The notes under the pieces were generated by a model. It was not told the origin of the DNA, did no database searches, and was given only the letters and a program-made list of their open reading frames with translations. 64,000 bases of DNA from Mustelus asterias. Its lineage: Eukaryota. Positions 12,690 through 25,370 of this stretch are shown piece by piece. Positions within the stretch are counted from its first letter, which is position 1; each line of letters starts with the position of its first letter. The translations under genes were made by a program, and so were the position numbers. The DNA lies in assembly GCF_964213995.1 (NCBI RefSeq), contig NW_027590219.1:62001-126000 (forward strand), read 5' to 3'.

Positions 12690-13700
12690 ATGGAGAAACC
12701 ATGGAAATGTGGGGACTGTGGGAAGAGATACAGATACCCATCCCTGCTGGAAGCTCATCGGCGCAGCCACACTGGGGAGAGGCCATTTACCTGCTCTCAC
12801 TGTGGGGTGGGATTCACTCGGTTGTCCCAGCTGCAGACACACCAGCGAGTTCACACTGGGGAGAGACCGTTCACCTGCTCTCAGTGTGGGGAGGGATTCA
12901 GTCAGTTATCCAGCCTGCAGACCCACCAGCGAGTTCACACTGGGGAGAGGCCCTTCACCTGCTCTCAGTGTGGGGAGGGATTCAGTCAGTTATCCAGCCT
13001 GCAGGCACACCAGCGAGTTCACACTGGGGAGAGACCGTTCACCTGCTCTCAGTGTGAGAAGGGGTTCAGTCAGTTATCTAACCTGCAGACGCACCAGCGT
13101 GTTCACACTGGGGAGAGACCGTTCATTTGCTCTCAGTGTGAGAAGGGGTTCAGTCAGCTATCTAACCTGCAGACACACCAGCGAGTTCACACTGGGGAGA
13201 AACCGTTCATCTGCTCTCAGTGTGAGAAGGGATTCACTCATTTATCCAGCCTCCAGACGCACCAGCGAGTTCACACTGGAGAGAGACCATTCACCTGCTC
13301 TCAGTGTGGGAAGGGATTCACTGATTTATCCACCCTGCGGAGACACCAGCGAGTTCACACTGGGGAGAGACCATTTATCTGCTCTCAGTGTGGGAAGGGG
13401 TTCAGCCAGTTATCCAACCTGCAGGCACACCAGCGAGTTCACACTGGAGAGAGGCCATTCATCTGCCCTCAGTGTGGGGAAGGATTCACTCGGTCATCCA
13501 ACCTGCAGACACACCAGCGAGTTCACACTGGGGAGAAACCATTCACCTGCTCTCAGTGTGGGAAGGGATTCACTCGGTTATCCAACCTGGGGACACACCA
13601 GCGAGTTCACACTGGGGAGAGGCCGTTCACCTGCTCTCAGTGTGGGAAGGGATTCAAAGTTTCATCCCACCTGCTGAGACACCAAAAAGTTCATGAGTGA
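12690..13700 (+). CDS. C2H2 zinc-finger protein C, 12 tandem fingers, no effector domain
   Basis: ATG 12690 in accATGG context; 336 aa = 12 x 28-aa units with TGERPF/TGEKPF linkers; intact to TGA. Confidence 0.9.
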   Translation: MEKPWKCGDCGKRYRYPSLLEAHRRSHTGERPFTCSHCGVGFTRLSQLQTHQRVHTGERPFTCSQCGEGFSQLSSLQTHQRVHTGERPFTCSQCGEGFSQLSSLQAHQRVHTGERPFTCSQCEKGFSQLSNLQTHQRVHTGERPFICSQCEKGFSQLSNLQTHQRVHTGEKPFICSQCEKGFTHLSSLQTHQRVHTGERPFTCSQCGKGFTDLSTLRRHQRVHTGERPFICSQCGKGFSQLSNLQAHQRVHTGERPFICPQCGEGFTRSSNLQTHQRVHTGEKPFTCSQCGKGFTRLSNLGTHQRVHTGERPFTCSQCGKGFKVSSHLLRHQKVHE

Positions 13701-14515
13701 TTCCAGGAGTTTGGATTCTGCTGTCATTGTTTCTCTCTCAATTACATCCAGGACTGCATTTTGTTCATTCTCACAGTTGGTCAATGGAGAGGGTCGGAGG
13801 GTTTCTTTCTGCTGGACTGGCCGGTCTCACAACTGCCTCCAGTGGGCTGATGCTCTTTGAGTCTTGTTGCGAATACCTGGTTTCAAATTTCACACGGATC
13901 ACAGAGTGACAGGGTGTGAGGAAGTTAAGAGTCACTATTTCTGTTTGAAACCCCCCCAAATGCTCATCCAATTTCCTTTGTAATTGTTTATTGTCTCCAC
14001 TTCCTCCATCCTCGTAGGCAGCGAGTTCCAGGTCATTACCATTCACTGCATCAAAATATTCTTCCTCACATCACCCCCTGCATCTCTGACCCAAACCTTA
14101 AACCTATGTCCCCCTCATCCTTGTCCCATCAACTCATGGGAACAGCTTTTCTTTGTCCACCTTATCTAAACCTGTCAGAATCTTGTCCACCTCTATCAAA
14201 TCTCCCCTCAACCTCCTTTGCTCCAAGAGGAACAACCCCAGCCTGACATCGACAATAAAGAACAAACTAACAGAATATGTTAATACCTGAAATCAAATGG
14301 GAATGTTTAATTTCTGTTTGAAAGATATTGTGAATATATTGTCCTGGACAATAAAGGAATTGGAATAACTCATCTTGGGAGTGGTTGAATGAAATATATA
14401 AATCTGGAACTACCTACAGTCTTGTGAAAGTCTGGAATGTGTAGCTGGAAATCCCTCCCTCACAGTACTGTGGGTGTACTTACACCTCAGGCATTGTAGC
14501 AGTTCAGGAAGGCAG

Positions 14516-15628
14516 TGTTGGGGTTGACCATGGCCGAGGCAGCTACATACAGCCACATATTCTGTTATAATTGATTCATTGTTTGAAATTTACAAGCTGT
14601 GAGAACCTGTGTTTCGTTTGTTTTATGTGGATGTTTGTAGATGTGTTTATCATTGTTTTGGGCGACATTTGTTAAGGTTTATCTTCCTCGAGAATTAACT
14701 TTATCTTTAATTAAAGGCATTTCTGAAAGTTTAAAAACAGAACCACAAGAACGCTTAAGGAATTCATTCTGGTTGTTGTTGTAAAGCCCATGCTAAGTTT
14801 CTCTGCTTGTGTGTGGATGATATTTGTGGGTTGCTTCAAGCTTTGAGGTTTTCTGTCTGTGATTTAAATCAAACAGATTTTTTTTAAAGTAAGTGTAATT
14901 GATAAAGTTTTTTTTTCAAAAGTTATGAACCTGGAACAATATTTACATGATGCCAGGATATTTTACTAAACATGCAGGAATGTTAATCCGGATACAATTC
15001 ACACATGTGAGAATGAGAGTTTTAATTTGTAATGGTTATTTAAAATTTGGGACATGTGAAATGATTCTGACCAATCCTGTGTTGGATTAAACTTCCTGTC
15101 AGGTCCAAAGATTTATTGCTGACATAAGAATGGTTAAAATGCTGTGGGAATTATAAGTTGAAAAGGAGAGATTATTAAATAGAAATGATTCCCAGACCGT
15201 GTGGTCATTAGATTAAAACAAAGGAAGGGTGCTGACATCCATTTGAGAACTTTTAATCCACCCCTTTTCAAACTAAGGGAGTCTATGTCCAAAGAAAACC
15301 CCAAGGATGGTAGATGAGGGGGTCTGGAAAACATCATGATGGGGGCACCTATCTGTTCACGAGATGCTCACAAAGCCCCATGATGCCCAGATACTAATTT
15401 GATTGCACCTATATATAATGTATGTAATCTATCACCATTCTGATTGGATTATGTCCAGCCGGGATGGGCTGAGTAACTGGATAAGAATTGATGATATTCT
15501 TTGTTGGGTGGAGTTACACATGGTCAGCCCCTGTGGCTTCTCCCCGCTGGCGTAACTCAATAAACTGTTTGTCGATTGAATCAGGTTTGAGTGTTGAATG
15601 ATTCTTCTGAGTTCATTCCCCCCCAACA
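14516..15628 (+). mobile_element. Putative solo LTR
   Basis: Starts TGTTGGGG and ends CCCCAACA (TG..CA, 8-bp inverted termini); TATA-like ~15410, AATAAA ~15559; no TSD seen. Confidence 0.5.
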
Positions 15629-15639
15629 CACTGGGTACA

Positions 15640-15790
15640 TTGCAAATTCATCCTCGGGAGTGGCCTGATAGGCCGTGGTCCAGACTACATGTGGCCCTTG
15701 GGGGGCCTTTCATGAATCACATGTGTTTGCTTGTTGTAGATGCACATTCAAAATGGTTGGAAGCACAGATCATGAGTAATATTCCAGGGC
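15640..15790 (+). mobile_element. Gypsy-type integrase fragment
   Basis: HPREWPDRPWSRLHV..GGPFM.HM.LLVVDAHSKWLE matches Ty3/Gypsy integrase core start. Confidence 0.7.
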
Positions 15791-16346
15791 AATTAGGACT
15801 AAAACTGGGCGGCATGGACAAGTTGGGCCGAAGGGCCTGTTTCCATGCTGTGAACCTCTATGACTCTAACTACCTTTTTTGTGGCCTGAAGTTCCCACAA
15901 TTGGAAAGCAGCCAGATTAGTTAAATAGACAGCATTAATTGTGAGACAATTAAATAATAAATGATTCATTAATACAAATGTTATAAAGGCTGGAAATGTA
16001 AATTTGAACACAAGTTTATAACTTTTAGAATTGTAAACACATTAAGAATGGTTAAAATGCTGTGGGAATTATCAGATGTTCCCTTCCCATGCTGACAGAA
16101 TAAAAAAAGCTGAAAGGACTTGTTAACCTTTACTGGAGGGAATGAATTGGCTCCTGTTCAAGATGTCTCAACATTGAATGACTGATGTGAACCAATTATC
16201 GGTCGACACTTTCTTTTCTCCCCCTTTCCATTTCTTTTCTCATTCTGGAGTTCAATTTTTAACTTCCAGGTCACCACTCGCTGCCTCAATAAAAATCCTC
16301 CTCACATTCTTCATGTCTCTCTAACCAGGTAATACAGTGCATTACT

Positions 16347-18529
16347 GTACGGCAGGGCAAGGTTTACAATTGGGGGAGAGAGAATTATGATGCGATTAGG
16401 CAAGAATTAGGGGGCATAAGTTGGGAACAGAAACTGTCAGGGAAAGGAACTAATGAAAAGTGGAACTTTTTCAAGGAACAAATACTGTGTGTCCTTGATA
16501 GGTATGTCCCTGTCAGGCAGGGAGGAAATGGCCGAGTGAGGGAACCATGGTTCACGAAAGAGGTGGAATGTCTTGTGAAAAGGAAGAGGGAAGCTTATGT
16601 AGGGATGAGGAAACAAGGTTCAGATGGCTCGATTGAGGGTTACAAGTTAGCAAGGAATGAGCTGAAAAAGGGGCTTAGGAGAGCTAGGAGGGGACATGAG
16701 AAGTCCTTGGCGGGTCAGATCAAGGAAAACCCCAAGGCTTTTTACTCTTATGTGAGGAATAAAAGAATGACCAGGGTGAGGTTAGGGCCGGTCAAGGACA
16801 GTAGTGGGAACTTGTGTATGGAGTCAGTAGAGATAGGTGAGGTGATGAATGAATACTTTTCTTCAGTGTTCACCAAGGAGAGGGGCCATGTTTTTGAGGA
16901 ACAGAAGGTGTTACAGGCTAATAGGCTGGAGGAAATAGATGTTCGGAGGGAGGATGTACTGGCAGTTTTGAATAAAGGGCGATAAGTCCCCTGGGCCTGA
17001 TGAAATATATCCTAGGATTCTTTGGGAGGCAAGGGATGAGATTGCAGAGCCGCTGGCTTTGATCTTTGGGTCCTCGCTGTCCACGGGGATGGTGCCAGAG
17101 GACTGGAGAATGGCGAATGTTGTTCCTCTGTTTAAGAAAGGGAATAGAAATGACCCTGGTAATTATAGACCGGTTAGTCTTACTTCGGTGGTTGGTAAAT
17201 TGATGGAAAAGGTCCTTAGGGATGGGATTTATGACCATTTAGAAAGATGCGCATTAATCCGGGATAGTCAGCACGGATTCGTGAAGGGCAAGTCGTGCCT
17301 CACAAATTTGATAGAATTTTTTGAGGAGGTAACTAAGTGTGTTGATGAAGGTAGGGCAGTTGATGTCATATACATGGATTTTAGTAAGGGGTTTGATAAG
17401 GTCCCCCATGGTCGGCTTATGATGAAAGTGAGGAGGTGTGGGATAGAGGGAAAGTTGGCCGATTGGATAGGTAACTGGTTGTCTAACCGAAGACAGAGGG
17501 TGGTGGTGGATGGAAAATTTTCGGATTGGAGGCAGGTTGCTAGCGGAGTGCCACAGGGATCAGTGCTTGGTCCTCTGCTCTTTGTGATTTTTATTAATGA
17601 CTTAGAGGAGGGGGCTGAAGGGTGGATCAGTAAATTTGCTGATGACACCAAGATTGGTGGAGTAGTGGATGAGGTGGAGGGCTGTTGTAGGCTGCAAAGA
17701 GACATAGATAGGATGCAAAGCTGGGCTGAAAAATGGCAAATAGAGTTTAACCCTGATAAATGTGAGGTGATTCATTTTGGTAGGACTAATTTAAATGTGG
17801 ATTACAGGGTCAAAAGTAGGGTTCTGAAGACTGTGGAGGAACAGAGAGATCTTGGGGTCCATATCCACAGATCTCTAAATGTTGCCACTCAAGTGGATAG
17901 AGCTGTGAAGACGGCCTATAGTGTGTTAGCTTTTATGAACAGGGGGTTGGAGTTTAAGAGCCACGGGGTTATGCTGCAACTGTACAGAACCTTGGTGAGA
18001 CCACATTTGGAATATTGTGTGCAGTTCTGGTCACCTCACTATAGGAAGGATGTGGAAGCGCTGGAAAGAGTGCAGAGGAGATTTACCAGGATGCTGCCTG
18101 GTTTGGAGGGTAGGTCTTATGAGGAAAGGTTGAGGGAGCTAGGGATGTTCTCTCTACAGTGGAGGAGGCTGAGGGGAGACTCAATAGAGGTTTATAAAAT
18201 GATGAAGGGGATAGATAGAGTGAACGTTCAAAGATTTTTTCCTCGGGTGGATGGAGTTATTACAAGGGGGCATAACTATAGGGTTCATGGTGGGAGATAC
18301 AGGAAGGATATCAGAGGTAAGTTCTTTACGCAGAGAGTGGTTGGGGTGTGGAATGGACTGCCTGCAGTGATAGTGGAGTCAGACACTTTAGGAACATTTA
18401 AGCGGTTATTGGATAGGCACATGGAGCACACCAGGATGATAGGGAGTGGGATAGCTTGATCTTGGTTTCAGATAAAGCTCGGCACAACATTGTGGGCCGA
18501 AGGGCTTGTTCTGTGCTGTACTGTTCTAT
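16347..18529 (+). mobile_element. Young 5'-truncated CR1 LINE with intact RT segment
   Basis: ORF 17059-18459 is an uninterrupted RT ([17 protein letters not shown]); frameshift near 16975; nearly identical to 34420-36615 (-). Confidence 0.95.
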
Positions 18530-19040
18530 TACACACATCATCAATCTGCTTATTTATGTCCAAATGTAAAGCTTTAACATGGCTGGCAGCTTGAAGATTT
18601 TCAGCTTTTTGTGTCCAGGACAGGAAGCAGTGAGCATGGATCTGTCAATCAGCCTCAATCAGCACCTTCAGGAGAATTGGGAGGGTGAATATTAGATACA
18701 GCAGAGTGAGAATGGAGGGAGAGTGTGTGGAATGGAGATTTATGATTTTTGGGGAATGAGAGAGGAAAGAATGTTCCATAAAAACTGGAATTGTCTGTTC
18801 TGAATTTCTATTCTGTACTGACACTGATGACTTTTGTAAACTCCTTTTACAGGATATCAGAGGGTGAGGATTTACAGACAGTGTTCCAGTGCGCTGAGTG
18901 TGGAAAGAGCTTTAACCAGTTACACAGCCTGAAAAAAACATCTCAGCATTCACAGTGGGGAGAGACTGTACCCATGTTCTGTGTGTGGATGAGGCCTCAA
19001 CTGATAGCCAAACCTGGAGAGTCACAAGGACACCCGCACC

Positions 19041-20640
19041 ATGGAGAAACCGTGGAAATGTGGGGACTGTGGGAAGGGATTCAGGTTCCCATCTCGGCTT
19101 GAAGTTCATCGACACATTCATACTGGGGAGAGACCATTCACCTGTTGCGTGTGTGGGAAGGGATTCATTCAGTCATCTGACTTGCTGACACACCAGCAAG
19201 TTCATACCGGGGAGATGCCGTTCACCTGAAGCATGTGTGGGAAGGGATTCATTCGCTCATCCCACCTGCTGAGTCACAATCTCTCTCACACCAGTGAGAA
19301 ACCCTTCAACTGCTCTGACTGTGGGAGTGACTTCAAAAGTTCTTGGGAACTGGTGTCCCATCAACGTGTTCACACTGAGGAGAGGCCGTTCAGCTGTTCT
19401 CACTGCACAAAGAGATTTAAAAGGTCATCCAACCTGCGGGTACATCAGCGAGTTCACACTGGAGAGAAACCATTCACCTGCGCCATGTGTGGCAAGGGAT
19501 TCACTGCTTCATCCAGCTTCATGAAACACAAAGGTACTCACAGCAATGAGAGACCTTTTAAATGTGCTGATTGTGGGAGCGGCTTCAAAAGTACTGCAGT
19601 TCTTCGAGACCATGAGCGCATTCACACTGAGGAGAGACCGTTCAGCTGCTCACAATGTTCAGTGAGGTTTAAAAGGTCATCCACGCTGCAGAGACACCAG
19701 CGAGTTCACACTGGGGAGAAACCGTTCACCTGCTCTCAGTGTGGGAAGGGATTCACTCGGTCGTCCGCCCTGCGCACACACCAGCGAATTCACACTGGGG
19801 ACAGACCGTTAAGCTGCTCTGTGTGGGAAGGTATTAACTCGGTTATCCAGCTTGCTGAAACCCAAAGTCACTCACACCAAGTAGAGACCCATTCAATGCT
19901 TTGAATGGGGGAGTGACTGTGTACAGTTCTGGTCACCCGATTATAGAAAAGATATTATTAAACTAGAAAGAGTGCAGAAAAGATTTACTAGGATACTGGG
20001 ACTGGATGGATTGAGTTATAAGGAGAGGCTGGATAGACTGGGACTTTTTTCTCTGGAGCGTAGAAGGCTGAGGGGTGATCTTATAGAGGTCTAGAAAATA
20101 ATGAGGGACATTGATAAGGTAGATCGTCAATATCAAGGTAGGGGAGTCTAAAACTAGAGGGCATAGGTTTAAGGTGAGAGGGGAGAGATACAAAAGGGTC
20201 CAGTGGGGCAACGTTTTCACACAGAGGGTGGTGAGTGTCTGGAACAAGATGCCAGAGGTAGTAGTAGAGGCGGGTACAATTTTGTCTTTTAAAAAGCATT
20301 TAGACAGTTACATGGGTACGATGGGTATAAATGCGGGCAATTGGGACTAGCTTAGGGCTTTTAAAAAAAAGGGGCTGCATGGACAGGTTGGGCCAAAGGA
20401 CCTGTTTCCATGCTGGAAAGCTCTATGACTTCACAAGGTCTGCAGAACTGATGTCCCACCAGTGCAGTCTCACAGAGGAGAGACTGTTCAGCTGTTCTCA
20501 CTGCACAGAGGTTTTAAAGCTCATCAAACCTGTGGATTCACCAGTGAGTCCACACTGGGGAGAGACCATTCACCTGCTTTGTGTGGGGAAGGATTCACTC
20601 AGTTATCCACTCTGCTGACACCCCAGCGAGTTCACATCTT
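19041..20640 (+). pseudogene. C2H2 zinc-finger pseudogene D
   Basis: MEKPWKC start; in-frame TGA at 19227-19229 at a finger Cys position; terminal frameshift; CR1 insertion ~19917-20430; decayed fingers resume to ~20640. Confidence 0.8.
19917..20430 (+). mobile_element. CR1 3' fragment inserted in ZNF D
   Basis: [22 protein letters not shown]; CR1 tail. Confidence 0.8.
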
Positions 20641-21476
20641 TCCTAAAGTGTGGGGCCCATATATAGGGTTCCATTTCAGAGGCATAGAATTGAAAAGCAG
20701 GGAGGTTATGGCCAACTTGTTTAGAACCAGGGTTAGAGTAAACTGGGAGCCCTGTCAAAATTAGTGATCTGCATTTAGAAGAAGGAAAGAGAGGGACTGG
20801 AGATGGAGCAACGTAGATTGACAAGAATAATCCCAGAGCTGAGAGCTTTTAACCCTCAGGAAAGTCTGAGGCTGCTTTTCCCTCGAAAAGAGAAGTCTGA
20901 TGGGTGACTGAAATGTAATGGAGGACATGCCCTTGTTGACATCAAAGGTGATGAAGTGGAGATGGTTCGAGAGCTTCAAGTTTCGAGGTGTTCAGATCAT
21001 CAACAACCTGTCCTGGTCCCCCCATGCCCGGGTGGGGGAGATGGCCTGGGTAAGGTGCTCTGTCAGAGAGTCAGTGCAGGCTCAGTGGCCTCTTCTGCAC
21101 TGTATGAGTGTGGAAGAGAGGAGACAGACATTTGGGGATTGCAAGCTGATCTGTGGGTCAAATGGGAAAAAAGGTTGTGAGTTCTCTGGTTCAGCCCCAG
21201 GCACTGACGAGGAGAAGGATGGAGTCATTGGCTAGGGGACAGCGTCTGTGTCTGACACAGAATATAAAAGCTTCACTCTTCCCAGTGTTTGATCTGAGAT
21301 TTCTGTTACTCAGGAAATATGTCAGACGCTCAATGTGAGAATTCAGAGTCAGTGGAGAGGGTCAGGAGAAGTGATGTTGAGGGAGAGCTGCCTGCCAAAC
21401 CCACTTCACCGATGGAGATTCTGATCACTGCTCTGAACACCTCCTTCTTTGGCTCGGTAAACTCAGTTCTATCTGA

Positions 21477-22691
21477 TTTAAAAAAAATACTTTTCCAATT
21501 CAATCAAATCAAATCCAATTCAGAGTCTCAACAAGTTGAGACATTTCAGATCCAGGCTGACATAAGAACATAAGAAATAGGAGCAGGAGTAGGCCATCTA
21601 GCCCCTCGAGCCTGCCCCGCCATTCAATAAGATCATGGCTGATCTGACGTGGATCAGTACCACTTACCCGCCTGATCCCCATAACCCTTAATTCCCTTAC
21701 CGATCAGGAATCCATCCATCCGCGCTTTAAACATATTCAGCGAGGTAGCCTCCACCACCTCAGTGGGCAGAGAATTCCAGAGATTCACCACCCTCTGGGA
21801 GAAGAAGTTCCTCCTCAACTCTGTCTTAAACCGACCCCCCTTTATTTTGAGGCTGTGTCCTCTAGTTTTAACTTCCTTACTAAGTGGAAAGAATCTCTCC
21901 GCCTCCACCCTATCCAGCCCCCGCATTATCTTATGAGTCTCCATAAGATCCCCCCTCATCCTTCTAAACTCCAACGAGTACAAACCCAATCTCCTCAGCC
22001 TCTCCTCATAATCCAAACCCCTCATCTCCGGTATCAACCTGGTGAACCTTCTATGCACTCCCTCCAATGCCAATATATCCTTCCTCATATAAGGGGACCA
22101 ATACTGCACACAGTATTCCAGCTGCGGCCTCACCAATGCCCTGTACAGGTGCATCAAGACATCCCTGCTTTTATATTCTATCTCCCTCGCAATATAGGCC
22201 AACATCCCATTTGCCTTCTTGATCACCTGTTGTACCTGCAGACTGGGCTTTTGCGTCTCATGCACAAGGACCCCCAGGTCCCTTTGCACGGTAGCATGTT
22301 TTAATTTGTTTCCATTGAGATAGTAATCCCATTTGTTATTATTTCCTCCAAAGTGTATAACCTCGCATTTATCAACGTTATACTCCATTTGCCATATCCT
22401 CGCCCACTCACTCAGCCTGTTCAAATCTCTGACAAGACAGGGCAGGCGACCAAACCACCCTGTCCTGGGCCTGATCTACATGAGCCAAGCTGATTGGAGA
22501 AGGGGGAGGTTCCTCCTCCAAGACTTGAGCTCATTTGCATCCCAGCCAAAAGGCCGAGATGCCGCTTTAAAAAATTGCTTCATATGAAACATATGAAGCT
22601 CAGTGTAACCTAATGACCTCAACCAAGCGCGGCCGACCATGGGCTGCCGACCATAGTACACTTGATCTTAGCCAAAAGGCCGAGAAGCGAT
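21477..22691 (-). mobile_element. U2 snRNA-headed SINE-like element, copy 2 (full length, split by CR1)
   Basis: 22691-22653 = U2 nt 1-39 (38/39); body 22652-22429 and 21562-21477 colinear with copy 3; flanking direct repeat TCTATCTGA at 21468-21476 and 22694-22702. Confidence 0.9.
21563..22428 (-). mobile_element. CR1 3' fragment nested in U2-headed element
   Basis: ORF 21654-22424 RT C-terminus; CTGACA duplicated at 21557-21562 and 22429-22434. Confidence 0.9.
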
Positions 22692-22888
22692 CATCTATCT
22701 GACGTTGCACACACACGTGATATCCCTCGGGAGATTTTGTTTCTTTAACTCTATTGTTGAGGGTTTTATGTGGATGGTTCCGGTGTGGGAGGGTGGATTT
22801 TATTGTTCCCGCCCACTGAATACCTCATCAGAACCGGGAACTGAAAGTGAAAGTGAGGAGCTAAGATTCCCGCCGGCTCTAATATAGA

Positions 22889-23377
22889 GTGTTGCCGATT
22901 CAAACATTCAGCCACCTCTGGGACATCACAGGATATCACATGATGAATCAAACATCTATTCAGACATCATTCTTGACCAGCCATTTCAAACTGAAGATTC
23001 AGTGGTATGTTACCTTTTTCCCAAAAGGTCAAAGGATCCAGCGGCTGAAAAACAATCATCGCAATCGCATGCGATATGATGAGATTCAGCAAGAGGATGA
23101 GTTGTCAACTCTCTCTGTCTCAGTAAATGATTATGATCCAGCTGGCAAGACATATTCTCACAAGCTGAGCATTCTGCTTTACCAATGTGTCAATGGTGTG
23201 TGGTTTGTGAATGATGTGAAGACCCTCCAGGTCCCACACTCGGGGGAAGCTGAGATTAAAGATCTGATCCCCTTGTCAGAGCGAGATAAATACATCAGTG
23301 ACGGCACAATGAAGCTGCACCTCATTGGACAGACCATCGAGGAGAAATGTCAGGGGATTAGGGCGACATTGAATTGA
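22889..23377 (+). pseudogene. BTBD17/LGALS3BP-like C-terminal domain fragment
   Basis: TSIQT...WYVTFFPK...GKTYSHKLSILL..NGVWFV...DLIP..RDKYISDGTMKLHLIG resembles the BTBD17 C-terminus as recalled (TSFQT..WNVLFSPR..EYLVENALHLHLIV); no BTB/BACK exons seen; 3' end abuts CR1 debris. Confidence 0.5.
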
Positions 23378-23949
23378 GGTGTTCAAGCCATGAGGGGTTT
23401 GATAGGAGTAAATGGGGAGGAACTGTTCCAACCAGCAAGAGGGTTGGTAACCAGAGGATGAATGGATTTAAAATGTGCAAAGAAACAAGAGTCCAGATTG
23501 AGGAGATGTCTATTTGACACGGTAAGATGTGATCTGGTTGGTGCGCACTGCCTGAATGGGTTGTGGAATCAGATTCATGAATTAATTTTGAAAAAAACAA
23601 TTCGATACATTCTTAAAGTGGCAAAATTGCAGGGCTATTGGGAAAGATTTGGGCTTAATTGGATAGCTATTTAAATCTCCATTTAGTTCAACAGGACAAT
23701 AATGTCCCGCTGGGGAGAAGGGCCGTAAAATCCTGGTTCCCATCTCTGGTTATTTTAAGTTGGGCCCTGTCTCAGTTATTATTATCTGTTATTATTACAC
23801 CTGAGCCTTTTTGTACAACTCCAGACCCTGTCTGAGTTCACATTGTTCACAGCTCTGTCTCAGTTACTGTGCCAGCCGTGCTCCTATTTAAATTACTGCA
23901 GCCCCTCCCTTTGTTAAGACTGTTTCTGGACCATGTTCATATTTCAAAG

Positions 23950-24245
23950 CATAGAAGTCCTCTCATGCAGAAAGAAGCCATTCAGCTCATCGAGCCTGCA
24001 CCAACAATCCCACCTAGGTCCTAGCCCCATAACCCCACATATTTACCCTGCTAATCCCCCTGACACTAAGGGGCATGGCCAATCAACCGAACCCACACAT
24101 GTTTGGAGTGTGCAAGGAAACAGAAGCACCCAGAGGAAACCCAAGCTGACACGGGGAGAATGTGCAGACTCCGCACAGACAGTGACCCAAGCCGGGAATC
24201 AAACCTGGGTCCCTGCAACTGTGAGGCAGCAGTGCTAACCACTAT
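23950..24245 (-). mobile_element. HE1-like V-SINE (diverged)
   Basis: Colinear with 10078-10411. Confidence 0.75.
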
Positions 24246-24939
24246 ATTTATGTTAAACCAGGTTGTGTCTCAGTTTATGTTACACTAGACAATTGCTCTA
24301 TTCTACATTTAACTCTCCTTATTAATAATTAGGCAAAACATCTCTCTGTTTAGACCACAGGAGGCCCTGGTTTTATTACCACTGAAGATCAAGTCTCGAT
24401 TTATACTTCATGTTTACACTTCACATCTCTCTTAGTTACTGTTACATTAGATTCTGATTCAGCTTACATTAGACTGGATATTCTGTTAAAACTGCACCAG
24501 ACACATCTCAGTTTTAACTTTACAATTGACCCTTTCTCACTACTGCTGCTTTCAATCATGTTTCTCACTGTAAGTAGGTCCGATTGGTCAGACCTGAATT
24601 TGACGTGACCATTTTTATATTGTATCTGCTGTAATAACTGACAAGGTCAAGGAAGTCAGACTAACATGTGATGAAAGAGGTCATTTTGTTTTCTGTATTA
24701 ACCACATATATTAATCAAATTACTGTATGATGGGAGGAACCAGTCATGAAACAGATGATTGTACAATTGATGAACCTTGATTAAGTTATAAATAATGAAT
24801 CAATAATCATATTGGAAAGACTGGATTTTCATCCAAAAATTGTTAAGTTGAATTATTGCATGTCTCTCTGTGTGAGAAACGGCAATTTCAGACAAACTAT
24901 TCTAATAATGAAGGATCCCTGATAAAGGTCCCAAGGAAT

Positions 24940-25370
24940 ACAAAGAACAAAGAACAATACAGCACAGGAACAGGCCCTTTGGCCCTCCAAGCCCGCGCCG
25001 CTCCCGGGTCCAAACTCGACCATTCTTTTGTATCCCTCCATTCCCACTCTGTTCATGTGGCTATCTAGATAAGTCTTAAACGTTCCCAGTGTGTCCGCCG
25101 CCACCACCTTGCCCGGCAGCACATTCCAGGCCCCCACCACCCTCTGTGTAAAATACGTCCTTCTGATATCCGTGTTAAACCTCCCCCCACCTTCACCTAG
25201 AACCTATGAACCCTCGTGAACGTCACCACCGACCTGGGAAAAAGCTTCCCACCGTTCACCCTATCTATGCCTTTCATAATTTTATACACCTCTATTAGGT
25301 CAACACTCATCCTCCATCTTTCCAGTGAGAACAACCCCAGTTTACCCAGTCTCTCCTCATAACTAAGCCC
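24940..25370 (-). mobile_element. CR1 3' end
   Basis: Near-identical to 4250-4680. Confidence 0.85.

Noticed and set aside
12577-13677. 366-aa ORF overlapping ZNF C in another frame
   Set aside because: Shadow frame of a homogeneous 84-bp repeat; openness is expected from the repeat unit.
12780-13680. CRISPR-like regular repeat
   Set aside because: 84-bp coding zinc-finger units in a eukaryote; no unique spacers or cas genes.
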